Positions 6,527 to 14,957 of a stretch of DNA of 14,957 nucleotides are shown in pieces. A program made the translations under genes and the position numbers. The DNA lies in contig JAQWMJ010000023.1 of the NCBI GenBank assembly GCA_029246845.1, forward strand, positions 1 through 14,957, in the 5' to 3' direction. Origin of the DNA: Thermodesulfobacteriota bacterium. Its GTDB lineage: Bacteria; Desulfobacterota_D; UBA1144. The notes under the pieces were generated by a model. The model saw only the letters and a list, made by a program, of their open reading frames with translations. It was not told the origin of the DNA and searched no databases. Each line of letters starts with the position of its first letter. Within the stretch, counting starts at the first letter, position 1.

Positions 6527-8572
6527 ATGGATTTAACAAATCAGTTTGTCACTTATGGCGGAATAATTCTTGCAGTTATAGGATTAATATATGCACAGGT
6601 GACTTACGTAAATATAAGATCAATGGCAAGAGGGAGTGATCTCCAAAAGAAACTTGGAGTTACAATATATAATGGCGCCATGTCTTTCATAAAAGAAGAA
6701 TATAAATATATTGTTATATTTGTATTTATTGTTGGAACAACACTATTCTATTTTCTTGGAATACCTACTGCTTTGGCTTACTTTGGAGGGGCTGCACTAT
6801 CTATGACTTGTGGATGGGCAGGAATGACTTCAGCATGTATTGCTAATAGTAGGACAGCTGAGGCCGCAAGGACAGGTGGCCAAGGACCAGCTCTTGTAAC
6901 TGCCTTCAAAGGTGGAAGTGTCATGGGCTTTTCTGTTGCAAGTTTAGGAATCCTAGGGCTAGCAGTTGCTTTTACACTCTACTTTAATAACGCAACTATA
7001 ACAGAAGAATTACTAATAGCTTTTGCAACCAACATTGGTGGTTTTGCAATGGGCGCAAGCTCAGTAGCATTGTTTGCTAGAGTTGGTGGTGGAATTTATA
7101 CCAAAGCTGCTGACGTAGGAGCAGATTTGGTTGGAAAGGTTGAAGCTGGCATACCCGAAGATGACCCAAGGAACCCTGCAACGATTGCTGATAACGTTGG
7201 TGATAATGTCGGTGATGTTGCTGGAATGGGAGCTGACTTGTTCGAATCATATGTTGGTGGAGTAATTGCAACTATAGTAATAGCTTCAAGTATGTCATAT
7301 GGTGCCGAACAAAAATTCGCACTATATGGTTTTCCAATTATTCTAATAATTGTTGGGACTCTAGCTTCATTCATTGGAACTAAAGTGGTTGATATGATTC
7401 AAAATTCTGAGCCCTCTGGTGTTCTAAGAAAAGCTTCTCTAACTGCTGGGATATTATTCTTAGTTTTTGGATATTTTTCACTGAACTATGTAGGCTCTAG
7501 TGTTGGCCTATCAAGTTCTATAATCTTAAGTATTTTTACATGTTCTATAATTGGTCTTTTTTCTGGATCATTAATTGGTGGAATAACCGAATACTATACT
7601 GCTGGGAAACCAGTTCACGAAATTGCAGAAGCTTCTAGCAGAGGTGGCGTAGCAACCAATATCATAAGTGGTTTATCAGTCGGAATGATGAGTACGGCAC
7701 TACCTATTATTGTTATAGTTCTGGCAATTTATTTATCATATATGAGCTTCGGTCTTTACGGAATTGGTATTGCTGCAGTCAGTATGCTCTCAACAATTGG
7801 TATTACTATGTCAGTTGATGCATACGGTCCAATTGCTGATAACGCTGGTGGAATCGCAGAAATGGCCAAACTAGGTCCAGAAGTAAGAAAAATCACAGAT
7901 AAACTTGACTCATTAGGTAATACCACAGCGGCCATAGGAAAAGGTTTTGCTATTGGTTCTGCTGCTCTAACTTCTTTAGCGCTATTTGTTGCATTTGCAG
8001 CAGCTACTAATTTAAAGAGTGTTGATATTTTAGAGTTTAAAGTTGTTTGTGGCCTTTTACTTGGTGGAATGGTTCCATATCTCTTTGGTGCCTTAACAAT
8101 GGGTGCTGTGGGAAGATCTGCGGAGAAAATGGTTCAAGAAGTAAGAAGGCAATTTAAAGAAATTGCAGGGATTATGGAAGGTACAGCTGAACCGGACTAT
8201 CAATCATGTATTAGAATTAGTACTGAGGCTTCTCTTAAGGAAATGATACTCCCTGGAATTCTAGCCGTTGTATGTCCTATAGTTATAGGGGTTCTTTTAG
8301 GAGCAAGCGGCTTAGCTGGCTTCTTAGCTGGAGCTCTTATCTCAGGTGTAGCACTAGCGTTGATGATGTCAAATTCTGGTGGTGCATGGGATAATGCTAA
8401 AAAATATATTGAAGAAGGTAATCAAGGCGGAAAAGGTTCTGAAGCCCATAAAGCGGCAGTTGTAGGTGATACAATTGGTGATCCATTTAAGGATACATCT
8501 GGACCAGCTATGAACATTTTAATCAAACTAATGACAATTGTTTCATTAGTTGTAGCTCCTATCTTCTTATAA
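6527..8572 (+). CDS. hppA: Membrane-bound pyrophosphatase, K+-dependent, probably Na+-translocating
   Basis: [66 protein letters not shown]. Confidence 0.96.
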   Translation: MDLTNQFVTYGGIILAVIGLIYAQVTYVNIRSMARGSDLQKKLGVTIYNGAMSFIKEEYKYIVIFVFIVGTTLFYFLGIPTALAYFGGAALSMTCGWAGMTSACIANSRTAEAARTGGQGPALVTAFKGGSVMGFSVASLGILGLAVAFTLYFNNATITEELLIAFATNIGGFAMGASSVALFARVGGGIYTKAADVGADLVGKVEAGIPEDDPRNPATIADNVGDNVGDVAGMGADLFESYVGGVIATIVIASSMSYGAEQKFALYGFPIILIIVGTLASFIGTKVVDMIQNSEPSGVLRKASLTAGILFLVFGYFSLNYVGSSVGLSSSIILSIFTCSIIGLFSGSLIGGITEYYTAGKPVHEIAEASSRGGVATNIISGLSVGMMSTALPIIVIVLAIYLSYMSFGLYGIGIAAVSMLSTIGITMSVDAYGPIADNAGGIAEMAKLGPEVRKITDKLDSLGNTTAAIGKGFAIGSAALTSLALFVAFAAATNLKSVDILEFKVVCGLLLGGMVPYLFGALTMGAVGRSAEKMVQEVRRQFKEIAGIMEGTAEPDYQSCIRISTEASLKEMILPGILAVVCPIVIGVLLGASGLAGFLAGALISGVALALMMSNSGGAWDNAKKYIEEGNQGGKGSEAHKAAVVGDTIGDPFKDTSGPAMNILIKLMTIVSLVVAPIFL

Positions 8573-8573
8573 G

Positions 8574-9665
8574 ATGAGTTCTTTAAGCTGCGGCATCGTA
8601 GGACTACCGAATGTTGGGAAATCTACAATATTCTGTGCTCTTACAAATGCCGCAGTAGAAAGCGCGAACTATCCATTCACCACTATAGAACCAAACGTTG
8701 CGGTTGTGGACGTTCCAGATGTGAGATTAGATAAACTCTCCATACTATTAAGTTCAAAGAAAAAAATTTATACAACATTAAAATTTGTTGACATTGCTGG
8801 TCTTGTAAAAGGTGCAAGCAAAGGAGAAGGGTTGGGTAATAAATTCCTAGGGAATATTAGGGAAGTGGATTCAATCGTTCATGTATTAAGATGCTTTAAA
8901 GGTGACACTACTCATGTAATGGAAACTATAGATCCAATAAGAGACTTGGAAATAATAAACCTAGAGCTAGCAATTAGTGACATGCAAATATTAGAGAAGA
9001 AAATTCTGAAACTTGAAAAAAGTAAAAGAAGTGGTGACAAGAAAGCCATCAAAGAATTTGAAGTCGTTCAGCAACTAATGGAATCGATTAATAATAATAA
9101 CCCAGTTTCATTATCAGACTATACAGATTCTGAAGAAAAGAAGATCGTCAAAGAATTGAATCTTATTTCAACAAAACCAATAATTTACATATTAAACTTT
9201 GGTAATGAATCTATCGAGTCTGAAGAAGTTGAAAAACTTAAAAGCGAAATAAATAAAAGGAATGAATCATTTGTTGAGATTTATGGTCTACTAGAAAATG
9301 AAATCAAAGATTTAGACGAGAGTGATAAGAAATTATTTTTAGAGGAATACGATGTTAAAGTTACTGGCTTGTCTCAACTAATTGAAAAATCATATTTTAT
9401 ATTAAATTTAATAACTTATTACACTGCAGGTCCCGAAGAATCTAGGGCATGGAGTATTGAGAATAACACTAAAGCTCCAGGTGCAGCTGGGAAGATTCAT
9501 ACAGACTTTGAAAAAGGTTTCATAAGAGCAGAAATTGTAGAGTTTGATGATTTTGTAGATTGTGGCTCTGAAGAAGAATCAAAGAGCAAAGGCTTAATGA
9601 GATCTGAAGGAAAAGAATATTTAGTGAAAGATGGAGATATAATCCACTTTAGGTATAATGTTTGA
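8574..9665 (+). CDS. ychF: Ribosome-binding Obg-family ATPase YchF
   Basis: [58 protein letters not shown]. Confidence 0.97.
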   Translation: MSSLSCGIVGLPNVGKSTIFCALTNAAVESANYPFTTIEPNVAVVDVPDVRLDKLSILLSSKKKIYTTLKFVDIAGLVKGASKGEGLGNKFLGNIREVDSIVHVLRCFKGDTTHVMETIDPIRDLEIINLELAISDMQILEKKILKLEKSKRSGDKKAIKEFEVVQQLMESINNNNPVSLSDYTDSEEKKIVKELNLISTKPIIYILNFGNESIESEEVEKLKSEINKRNESFVEIYGLLENEIKDLDESDKKLFLEEYDVKVTGLSQLIEKSYFILNLITYYTAGPEESRAWSIENNTKAPGAAGKIHTDFEKGFIRAEIVEFDDFVDCGSEEESKSKGLMRSEGKEYLVKDGDIIHFRYNV

Positions 9666-9668
9666 TAA

Positions 9669-9712
9669 CCTGTTGTCAATTTATTTGACCAGCAGACCAT
9701 AACAGGAGGTCA
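9669..9712 (+). ncRNA. Candidate S6:S18 autoregulatory leader (cis-regulatory RNA)
   Basis: CCTGTT (9669-9674) pairs with AACAGG (9701-9706, overlapping the SD AGGAGG). Inner hairpin GTCAA-TTTAT-TTGAC (9675-9689). Unpaired linker 9690-9700 contains CCA. Confidence 0.55.
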
Positions 9713-9715
9713 GAA

Positions 9716-10012
9716 ATGACAAATCAATATGAAGTACTTTTTATAGTACCCACTACAATATCTGAAGAAGACTTTTCAGAATTATTTAACAAGCTGAAAG
9801 ATACACTTGAAAAGAAGCATTCTTCGGAAATCTCAAAATTTGAAAAATGGGCTGAAAGAAAGCTTGCTTATACAATAGATAACAACCAAAGCGGTGTTTA
9901 TCATATTTTAGAAACGAAATGTTCAGCTGAAGCTATTAAGGAAATAGAAGGGATACTTAGTTTTGAAAAGACTAAAGTTCTCAGATTCTTAATCGATAAG
10001 GTTACTACTTAA
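9716..10012 (+). CDS. rpsF: 30S ribosomal protein S6
   Basis: YEVLFI, W.ERKLAY.I, G.Y, VLRFLI. SD AGGAGG. Confidence 0.93.
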   Translation: MTNQYEVLFIVPTTISEEDFSELFNKLKDTLEKKHSSEISKFEKWAERKLAYTIDNNQSGVYHILETKCSAEAIKEIEGILSFEKTKVLRFLIDKVTT

Positions 10013-10024
10013 AAGGAGAGAAAA

Positions 10025-10273
10025 ATGGCAGATAAAAGAGATTATGATAAAAGAGAAAGACGTCCAAGAAAAAGGCCCGCTAAACTATTGGAAGGGGATA
10101 CGAAGCTTAACTATAAAAATGTCGAGCTTCTAACTAACTTTATCACTGAGAGAAAAAAAATTGCCCCAAGAAGAATGACAGGATGTACAGCTCTTCAACA
10201 AAGACAAGTAGCATTAGAAATAAAGAAGGCTCGCTATATGGCACTACTTCCATACGTGGTTAGCCATAAGTAA
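10025..10273 (+). CDS. rpsR: 30S ribosomal protein S18 (zinc-ribbon-lacking type)
   Basis: YKN..LL..FITER.KI.PRR.TG....QR.VA.EIKKAR..ALLPY. Confidence 0.96.
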   Translation: MADKRDYDKRERRPRKRPAKLLEGDTKLNYKNVELLTNFITERKKIAPRRMTGCTALQQRQVALEIKKARYMALLPYVVSHK

Positions 10274-10281
10274 TAAATAAT

Positions 10282-10722
10282 ATGAAGATAATCTTAGTTG
10301 AAGACATAAAAAAGCTAGGAAAAAAGGGTGATGTCCTTGATGTTAAAGATGGACAGGCTAGAAATCATCTTATTCCAAACAACTTAGCTATTGAAGCTAA
10401 TAAAAAAAATCTCAATGCTTTAAATTCAAAAAATGAGTCGATTGAGAGAATTGATTTCCAAAATAAACAGGCTGCTTTAGATATTTCAAACAAGCTCCAA
10501 AAAGAACTATTAATGTTTAAAGTTAAAGAGAATGCTGGAAAACTTTTTGGTTCTATTACAACTTTATCCATATATGAGGAGCTAGTTAAACTTGGATATA
10601 AAGTAGATAAGAGAAATATTGATTTAAAGAAGCCAATTAATACATTAGGTGATTTTAAAGTAAGAATTAAATTATATAATGAAGTTTTTTGCAATATATC
10701 TATTGAAGTAAAACCCATTTAA
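10282..10722 (+). CDS. rplI: 50S ribosomal protein L9
   Basis: MKIIL.EDI..LG..GD...VKDG.ARN.LIP, GKLFGSIT, PI.TLG. Confidence 0.95.
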   Translation: MKIILVEDIKKLGKKGDVLDVKDGQARNHLIPNNLAIEANKKNLNALNSKNESIERIDFQNKQAALDISNKLQKELLMFKVKENAGKLFGSITTLSIYEELVKLGYKVDKRNIDLKKPINTLGDFKVRIKLYNEVFCNISIEVKPI

Positions 10723-10723
10723 A

Positions 10724-10753
10724 TTGACATTAAATAAGTTGTTATAGTAATCT
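10724..10753 (+). promoter_or_regulatory. Candidate promoter for the MBL hydrolase-ftsB-rsmA unit
   Basis: Consensus TTGACA at 10724-10729 with TAATCT at 10748-10753 (N18). Alternatively extended -10 TGnTATAGT (10740-10748), N5, ATG 10754. No SD. Confidence 0.5.
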
Positions 10754-11443
10754 ATGAACACAATGATATTAAAAATTGTTCCTGGAGGTGCATTTGTTGA
10801 GAACACATACATACTCCAGTCCAAAAATAGCAAAGAGCTGATACTAGTAGATCCGGGTAGTCAAACATTAGAGATTGAAGAATCATTATCTGACCTAAGC
10901 TTTACTTCTATTCATATATGGAATACGCATGGTCATTTAGATCATGCATATGGAGCTGATTACTTTATAAAAAAATACAAAGCCGATTTCAATATTCATA
11001 AAAAAGAAATACCTATCCTTCAGGCAATGACAACTGCAGCGAGCAGATTTGGAATCCCAGAATTTAGTGATGCTGTTGTACCAAAAATAGACAACTTTAT
11101 TGAGGAAGAAAAACAGTATGAAGTTGGAAATTTAAACTTTAAAACATTGCTTGTTCCAGGTCACTCTCCTGGAAGTATCTGCTTCCATTTTACTAGAGAG
11201 TTGAACCCAGAAGAGGGACTAGAAGAAGATTTAATGATATGTGGGGATACTGTTTTTGCAGGTAGTGTCGGCAGAGTAGATCTGACAGGAGGTACAAATA
11301 TGGAAGAGCTTTTAGGAAATATCGCTAAAAAAATATTAACCCTAAAAGAAAGTACAATACTATTTCCTGGACACGGTCCAAGGACAACAGTAGAAATAGA
11401 AAAAGAATCAAACCCTTTTCTAGCTGGAATGTTTAATGGATAA
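10754..11443 (+). CDS. Metallo-beta-lactamase-fold hydrolase (glyoxalase II/YcbL-like)
   Basis: THGHLDH, PGHSPGS, GDTVFAGSVGR.D, PGHG, C-terminal E...NPFL. Confidence 0.92.
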   Translation: MNTMILKIVPGGAFVENTYILQSKNSKELILVDPGSQTLEIEESLSDLSFTSIHIWNTHGHLDHAYGADYFIKKYKADFNIHKKEIPILQAMTTAASRFGIPEFSDAVVPKIDNFIEEEKQYEVGNLNFKTLLVPGHSPGSICFHFTRELNPEEGLEEDLMICGDTVFAGSVGRVDLTGGTNMEELLGNIAKKILTLKESTILFPGHGPRTTVEIEKESNPFLAGMFNG

Positions 11444-11702
11444 GAATTTAGTTAAAGTAGTGATGTATCTCATGTTATGCCTGCTTGTTGGATCAGTCAT
11501 TGGCGAAGGAACACAAATTCTATTCTTAAAAAACAAGAATGCTAATATAAAAAAAGAGATTAAAGATAAGGAAAACCATAATAGACTACTAAAAGCTGAA
11601 CTTGTACTTTTAAAATATGATGAAAGATATATCTCAATACTGGCAAGGAAGAATCTTGGAATGATAAGGCATGGGGAAAAAATATATAAATTTAACAATT
11701 AA
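11436..11702 (+). CDS. Septum formation initiator, FtsB/DivIC family
   Basis: N-terminal TM helix, coiled coil, and C-terminal YI..LARKNLGMIRHGE.IY motif. Confidence 0.8.
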   Translation: MDKNLVKVVMYLMLCLLVGSVIGEGTQILFLKNKNANIKKEIKDKENHNRLLKAELVLLKYDERYISILARKNLGMIRHGEKIYKFNN

Positions 11703-11704
11703 AG

Positions 11705-12541
11705 ATGTCCAGTGAAATAAAGAATTTACTAAACAATATAGGCACAAGTCCGAAGAAAGGATTAGGTCAAAACTTTTTAATAAATAAGGAAAAAATCGAT
11801 AGAATTTCCAATGAGATAAGAAGTGAAGTATACGATTCTATAATAGAAATTGGCCCAGGATTAGGGTCAATAACTAAGAAAATTATCGATATTGAGAGTA
11901 AAGTAATATGCATTGAGAAAGACACCATATTATATAATTATTTAAAAAAGGAGTATGAAGGTGCGGCTAACTTAGAGATTTTCAATAGCGATATATTGAA
12001 GTGTAGCCTTAATGAGATAGGAAATGGTAAGAGGCTTTACTTTGGTAACTTGCCTTACAATATAGGAACAAAAATTATTGAAAACTTTACTGATACTTTT
12101 CATTCAAATCATACAACTTCAGGAATTTTTATGCTTCAAAAAGAAGTGGGTGAAAAGATTCTTTCTAAAAGTGGCACAAAATTATATAATGGGTATGTTG
12201 TGAAGATACAAAGTTTTTATAATGTTAAAAGAATTTTAAACTTAACCGAATCAGACTTTTGGCCTCAACCAAATATAAAGTCTATATTAATTAGACTAGA
12301 GAATAGAAAGAAAACATTTTTTGATGGATTCGACTATAAGAGTTTTACTAAATTTTTATTCAATTCATTTCTGGTACGTAGGAAAAAACTTACGAACAAC
12401 CTTCAAGAGTATTATTCAAAGGATTTAGTTTCTGAAAAGTTAAAAGAATTAAAATTAGATGAGAATATTAGAGCTCAGGACATTCAAGTTGAAACTTTTG
12501 TACTTCTATATGAAAAACTTATAAATAATAAATCTTTGTAA
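11705..12541 (+). CDS. rsmA: 16S rRNA A1518/A1519 dimethyltransferase RsmA (KsgA)
   Basis: LGQNFL, EIGPGLG, GNLPYNI, MLQKEV, F.P.P...S, RRKKL.NNL. Confidence 0.95.
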   Translation: MSSEIKNLLNNIGTSPKKGLGQNFLINKEKIDRISNEIRSEVYDSIIEIGPGLGSITKKIIDIESKVICIEKDTILYNYLKKEYEGAANLEIFNSDILKCSLNEIGNGKRLYFGNLPYNIGTKIIENFTDTFHSNHTTSGIFMLQKEVGEKILSKSGTKLYNGYVVKIQSFYNVKRILNLTESDFWPQPNIKSILIRLENRKKTFFDGFDYKSFTKFLFNSFLVRRKKLTNNLQEYYSKDLVSEKLKELKLDENIRAQDIQVETFVLLYEKLINNKSL

Positions 12542-13781
12542 GCAGCTTATCTATGAAAGGCCTAACTGAATAATTATAATTATTTACTATTATTGAAAAA
12601 GCATACAGGTCACCATCTTTAGATGTGAAATAACCAGAAAGAGAGCTTACTTTGTTTATATATCCAGTCTTAGCTCGTAAGTTCTTATACAAAGGTTTAG
12701 ACTTAAATCTTTTCAGTAATGTTCCATCGACCCCAGCTAATGGTAGGGAACCATAAAAATCCCCAAAATACTCTGCTTCCCTTGCAAAATCTAACAACAA
12801 GACCATAGACTTGGGTGTAATCTTATTTCTTCTTGATAACCCGGAACCGTCACTTACATTAAAACTGTTCTTATTCAAACCAACTTTTTTTATTAAAAAA
12901 CTACTAACAAAATCTGCAGAGCTTTTCCAAGAGCCTTTGGTTCTATGAAAATTGGCTGACATCTTCTTGAATAGATGTTCAGCATATAAATTATTACTCT
13001 TTTTGTTTACAACTTTAACAATGAGTCTCAAATTTTCAGATGAGTGTTTATAGATTATTTTATTAAAGCTCATTTTTGTCCTAAGAGGTACCCCAGATAA
13101 AACAACTTTACCCTTAACTTTTATTCCTTGCTTTCTAAACTCACGTGATAATTTGACTCCTAACAAATACAAAGGATTGTCTGTCATAAGTAAATCTTTA
13201 TTACCCTTTGCTCTATATAGATTTTCATCTATCGCAATAGACGAAATATGTGGTGCCCAAATTAAGCCCTTCCAAGACTTTTTCCAATTGTTATTAAAAT
13301 AAGGTTTTTCAAAATAAGTATTATCCAAAATAATGTTACCTTGAATAAATCTCAGACCTTTCTTTTTGAAAAAATTTACTATTTTTGCTACATCTCTCGA
13401 TTTTAGAGTTGGATCACCTCTAGTATCAACGTAGAAATTTATAGAGGAGCCTTTCCCTGTAAGCTGATTAGAATTAATAGTATCTGTACTAATATTATTA
13501 ACGAAGAAATACGAATTAAATCTATAATTGCTGCCCAAATAATTCAGGGATGACAAAGTGGTGATAATTTTTTGGTTAGAAGCAGGAATAAATTTCTTAT
13601 CAGAATTGTAACTAGAAATAACCTTTCCTTTTGTAAGATTTTTTACATAGATTCCCAAATTTGGACTAACTTTTAATTGGTTATTAATTATCTGAGTCGT
13701 AGTTATAGAAAAGGAGTTGATACCAGTACTAATAAAGATAACAATCAAATATAATAAAAAGGTTAGTGTGACTCTGCCCAT
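12519..13781 (-). CDS. dacB: D-alanyl-D-alanine carboxypeptidase/endopeptidase PBP4 (peptidase S13)
   Basis: Signal/TM segment, PASNQK (SxxK), GDPTL, SNN (SxN), DGSGLSR, LPLAGVDGTL, AKTG. Confidence 0.92.
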   Translation of the reverse strand: MGRVTLTFLLYLIVIFISTGINSFSITTTQIINNQLKVSPNLGIYVKNLTKGKVISSYNSDKKFIPASNQKIITTLSSLNYLGSNYRFNSYFFVNNISTDTINSNQLTGKGSSINFYVDTRGDPTLKSRDVAKIVNFFKKKGLRFIQGNIILDNTYFEKPYFNNNWKKSWKGLIWAPHISSIAIDENLYRAKGNKDLLMTDNPLYLLGVKLSREFRKQGIKVKGKVVLSGVPLRTKMSFNKIIYKHSSENLRLIVKVVNKKSNNLYAEHLFKKMSANFHRTKGSWKSSADFVSSFLIKKVGLNKNSFNVSDGSGLSRRNKITPKSMVLLLDFAREAEYFGDFYGSLPLAGVDGTLLKRFKSKPLYKNLRAKTGYINKVSSLSGYFTSKDGDLYAFSIIVNNYNYSVRPFIDKLLTKIYYL

Positions 13782-14957
13782 GTATTACCAAAACCTATAT
13801 CAACGACTAAAGGTACATCTAATGTTATACAACTTATCATATAGTTTTCAATCTTTTTGGATACTTCCTTAACTTTCATTTGGTCAACTTCAAAGACTAA
13901 TTCATCATGAACTTGCATTATCATTGAGCAATGTTGCGATAGATCTTTATCTTTATTAATTAAAATCATGGCCATCTTGATAATATCTGCGGCAGATCCT
14001 TGTATTGGGCTGTTTATTGCAGCTCGTTCACCTGCTGCGCGAAGCATAAAATTATTCGAATTAATATCTGGTAGGTATCTTCTTCTATTTAGGATTGTCT
14101 CTGAATACCCCTTACTTCTTGTATTATCAATAGTTTTTTGAAAATAGCTTTTTACAGAGTTGTATTTGTTAAAATACTTCTCTATGAATAATTTTGCGGT
14201 CTTCGAATCTTCGTTAATTTGTTGAGACAAGCGTTTTGAGCCAATTCCATATAGGATTCCAAAATTAATAGTTTTAGCCAATCTCCTTTGTTCTTTTGTA
14301 ACTTTGTCTTTCTCAATATTAAAGATTTCCCCTGCAGTAATGGAATGAATGTCATCATTTGCATTGAAACTCTCAACCATCAAAGAGTCTAAAGAAAAGT
14401 GTGCTAAGAGCCTTAGTTCTATCTGAGAATAGTCAGCTGACATAATCAATTTGTTTTTATTAGCTGATGAGAACGAATCTCTAATTCTTTTCCCTTCACT
14501 AGTCTTTATTGGTATATTTTGCAGATTAGGACTACTAGATGACAGCCTTCCTGTAGACGTACCTACATGATTATATGATGTATGAATCCTTTTTGTTCCC
14601 TCATCTATCAAGTCTGGTAACGCATCTATATAAGTTGTCTGTAATTTGGAATAAAACCTATATGATAGGATTAGTTCGACTACATCGTGTTGATCGATTA
14701 TTCCTTGTAGGGTCTGAGAATCAGTGGAGAATTCTCCGGTCTTTGTTTTCTTATTAGGTTTTAATCCTAATTGATTGAAAAGTACTTCTCTTAATTGCAT
14801 TGGGGAGTTTAAATTAATTTCTTTTCCAATCAACTTGTAAATTCTTCCTTGAATATCAGTGACGATTTTATAGAACTCTTTTGAAAGCTTAGCTAGTCTT
14901 TTGACATCAATATTAACACCTGCGAACTCTATATCAGCCAGAACTTTGATAAACGGA
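13763..14957 (-). CDS. polA: DNA polymerase I, polymerase domain (5' part outside the window)
   Basis: TGRLSSSSPNLQNIP, DYSQIELR, AKTINFGILYG, QVHDELV. Frame stays open upstream of 14833 to the window edge (PFIKVLADIEFAGVNID...). Confidence 0.97.
   Translation of the reverse strand, partial: PFIKVLADIEFAGVNIDVKRLAKLSKEFYKIVTDIQGRIYKLIGKEINLNSPMQLREVLFNQLGLKPNKKTKTGEFSTDSQTLQGIIDQHDVVELILSYRFYSKLQTTYIDALPDLIDEGTKRIHTSYNHVGTSTGRLSSSSPNLQNIPIKTSEGKRIRDSFSSANKNKLIMSADYSQIELRLLAHFSLDSLMVESFNANDDIHSITAGEIFNIEKDKVTKEQRRLAKTINFGILYGIGSKRLSQQINEDSKTAKLFIEKYFNKYNSVKSYFQKTIDNTRSKGYSETILNRRRYLPDINSNNFMLRAAGERAAINSPIQGSAADIIKMAMILINKDKDLSQHCSMIMQVHDELVFEVDQMKVKEVSKKIENYMISCITLDVPLVVDIGFGNTWAESH

Noticed and set aside
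4739..7374. Minus-strand ORFs inside prs, rplY, pth and hppA
   Set aside because: Antisense shadows of conserved genes. The Ser/Pro-rich or His/Gln-rich content simply mirrors the sense codons.
10754..11443. Metallo-beta-lactamase as an antibiotic-resistance gene
   Set aside because: No signal peptide, and motifs match cytoplasmic glyoxalase II/YcbL-like housekeeping hydrolases.
9497..11698. Minus-strand ORFs 9497-9700, 10365-10718 and 11420-11698
   Set aside because: Antisense to ychF, rplI and the ftsB-like gene.
14182..14757. Small ORFs 14182-14376 (-) and 14575-14757 (+), and TTG 14833 as the polA start
   Set aside because: Nested within polA, whose frame stays open to the window edge.
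1..14957. CRISPR array, IS/prophage, defence system or recoded genetic code
   Set aside because: No spaced direct repeats and no transposase, integrase or nuclease motifs. TAA, TAG and TGA all act as stops at expected gene ends, and Trp is TGG.

Overview
AT-rich (roughly 30% GC by eye), tightly packed bacterial core-genome segment that looks like a streamlined, probably marine, organism. Dadabacteria or a related delta-like lineage is a guess only. Gene order: partial mreB (-); a secreted protein with four FxLYD-like Ig-type repeats (-); GYD-domain protein, an unannotated 57-aa membrane ORF and a SirC-like precorrin-2 dehydrogenase (+); efp (+); a convergent hypothetical gene (-); prs-rplY-pth-hppA(Na+-PPase)-ychF-rpsF-rpsR-rplI (+); MBL hydrolase-ftsB-like-rsmA (+); dacB and partial polA (-). 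I saw no mobile element, CRISPR array, tRNA or rRNA, and no clear multi-gene novel system. The most notable signals are an EF-P whose PGKG loop is replaced by MQAR (Ala at the Lys34 position), the hidden coupled 57-aa membrane protein, recurring leaderless-type promoters on SD-less genes, a candidate S6:S18 leader RNA, a divergent MreB, and the 4x FxLYD protein upstream of mreB.
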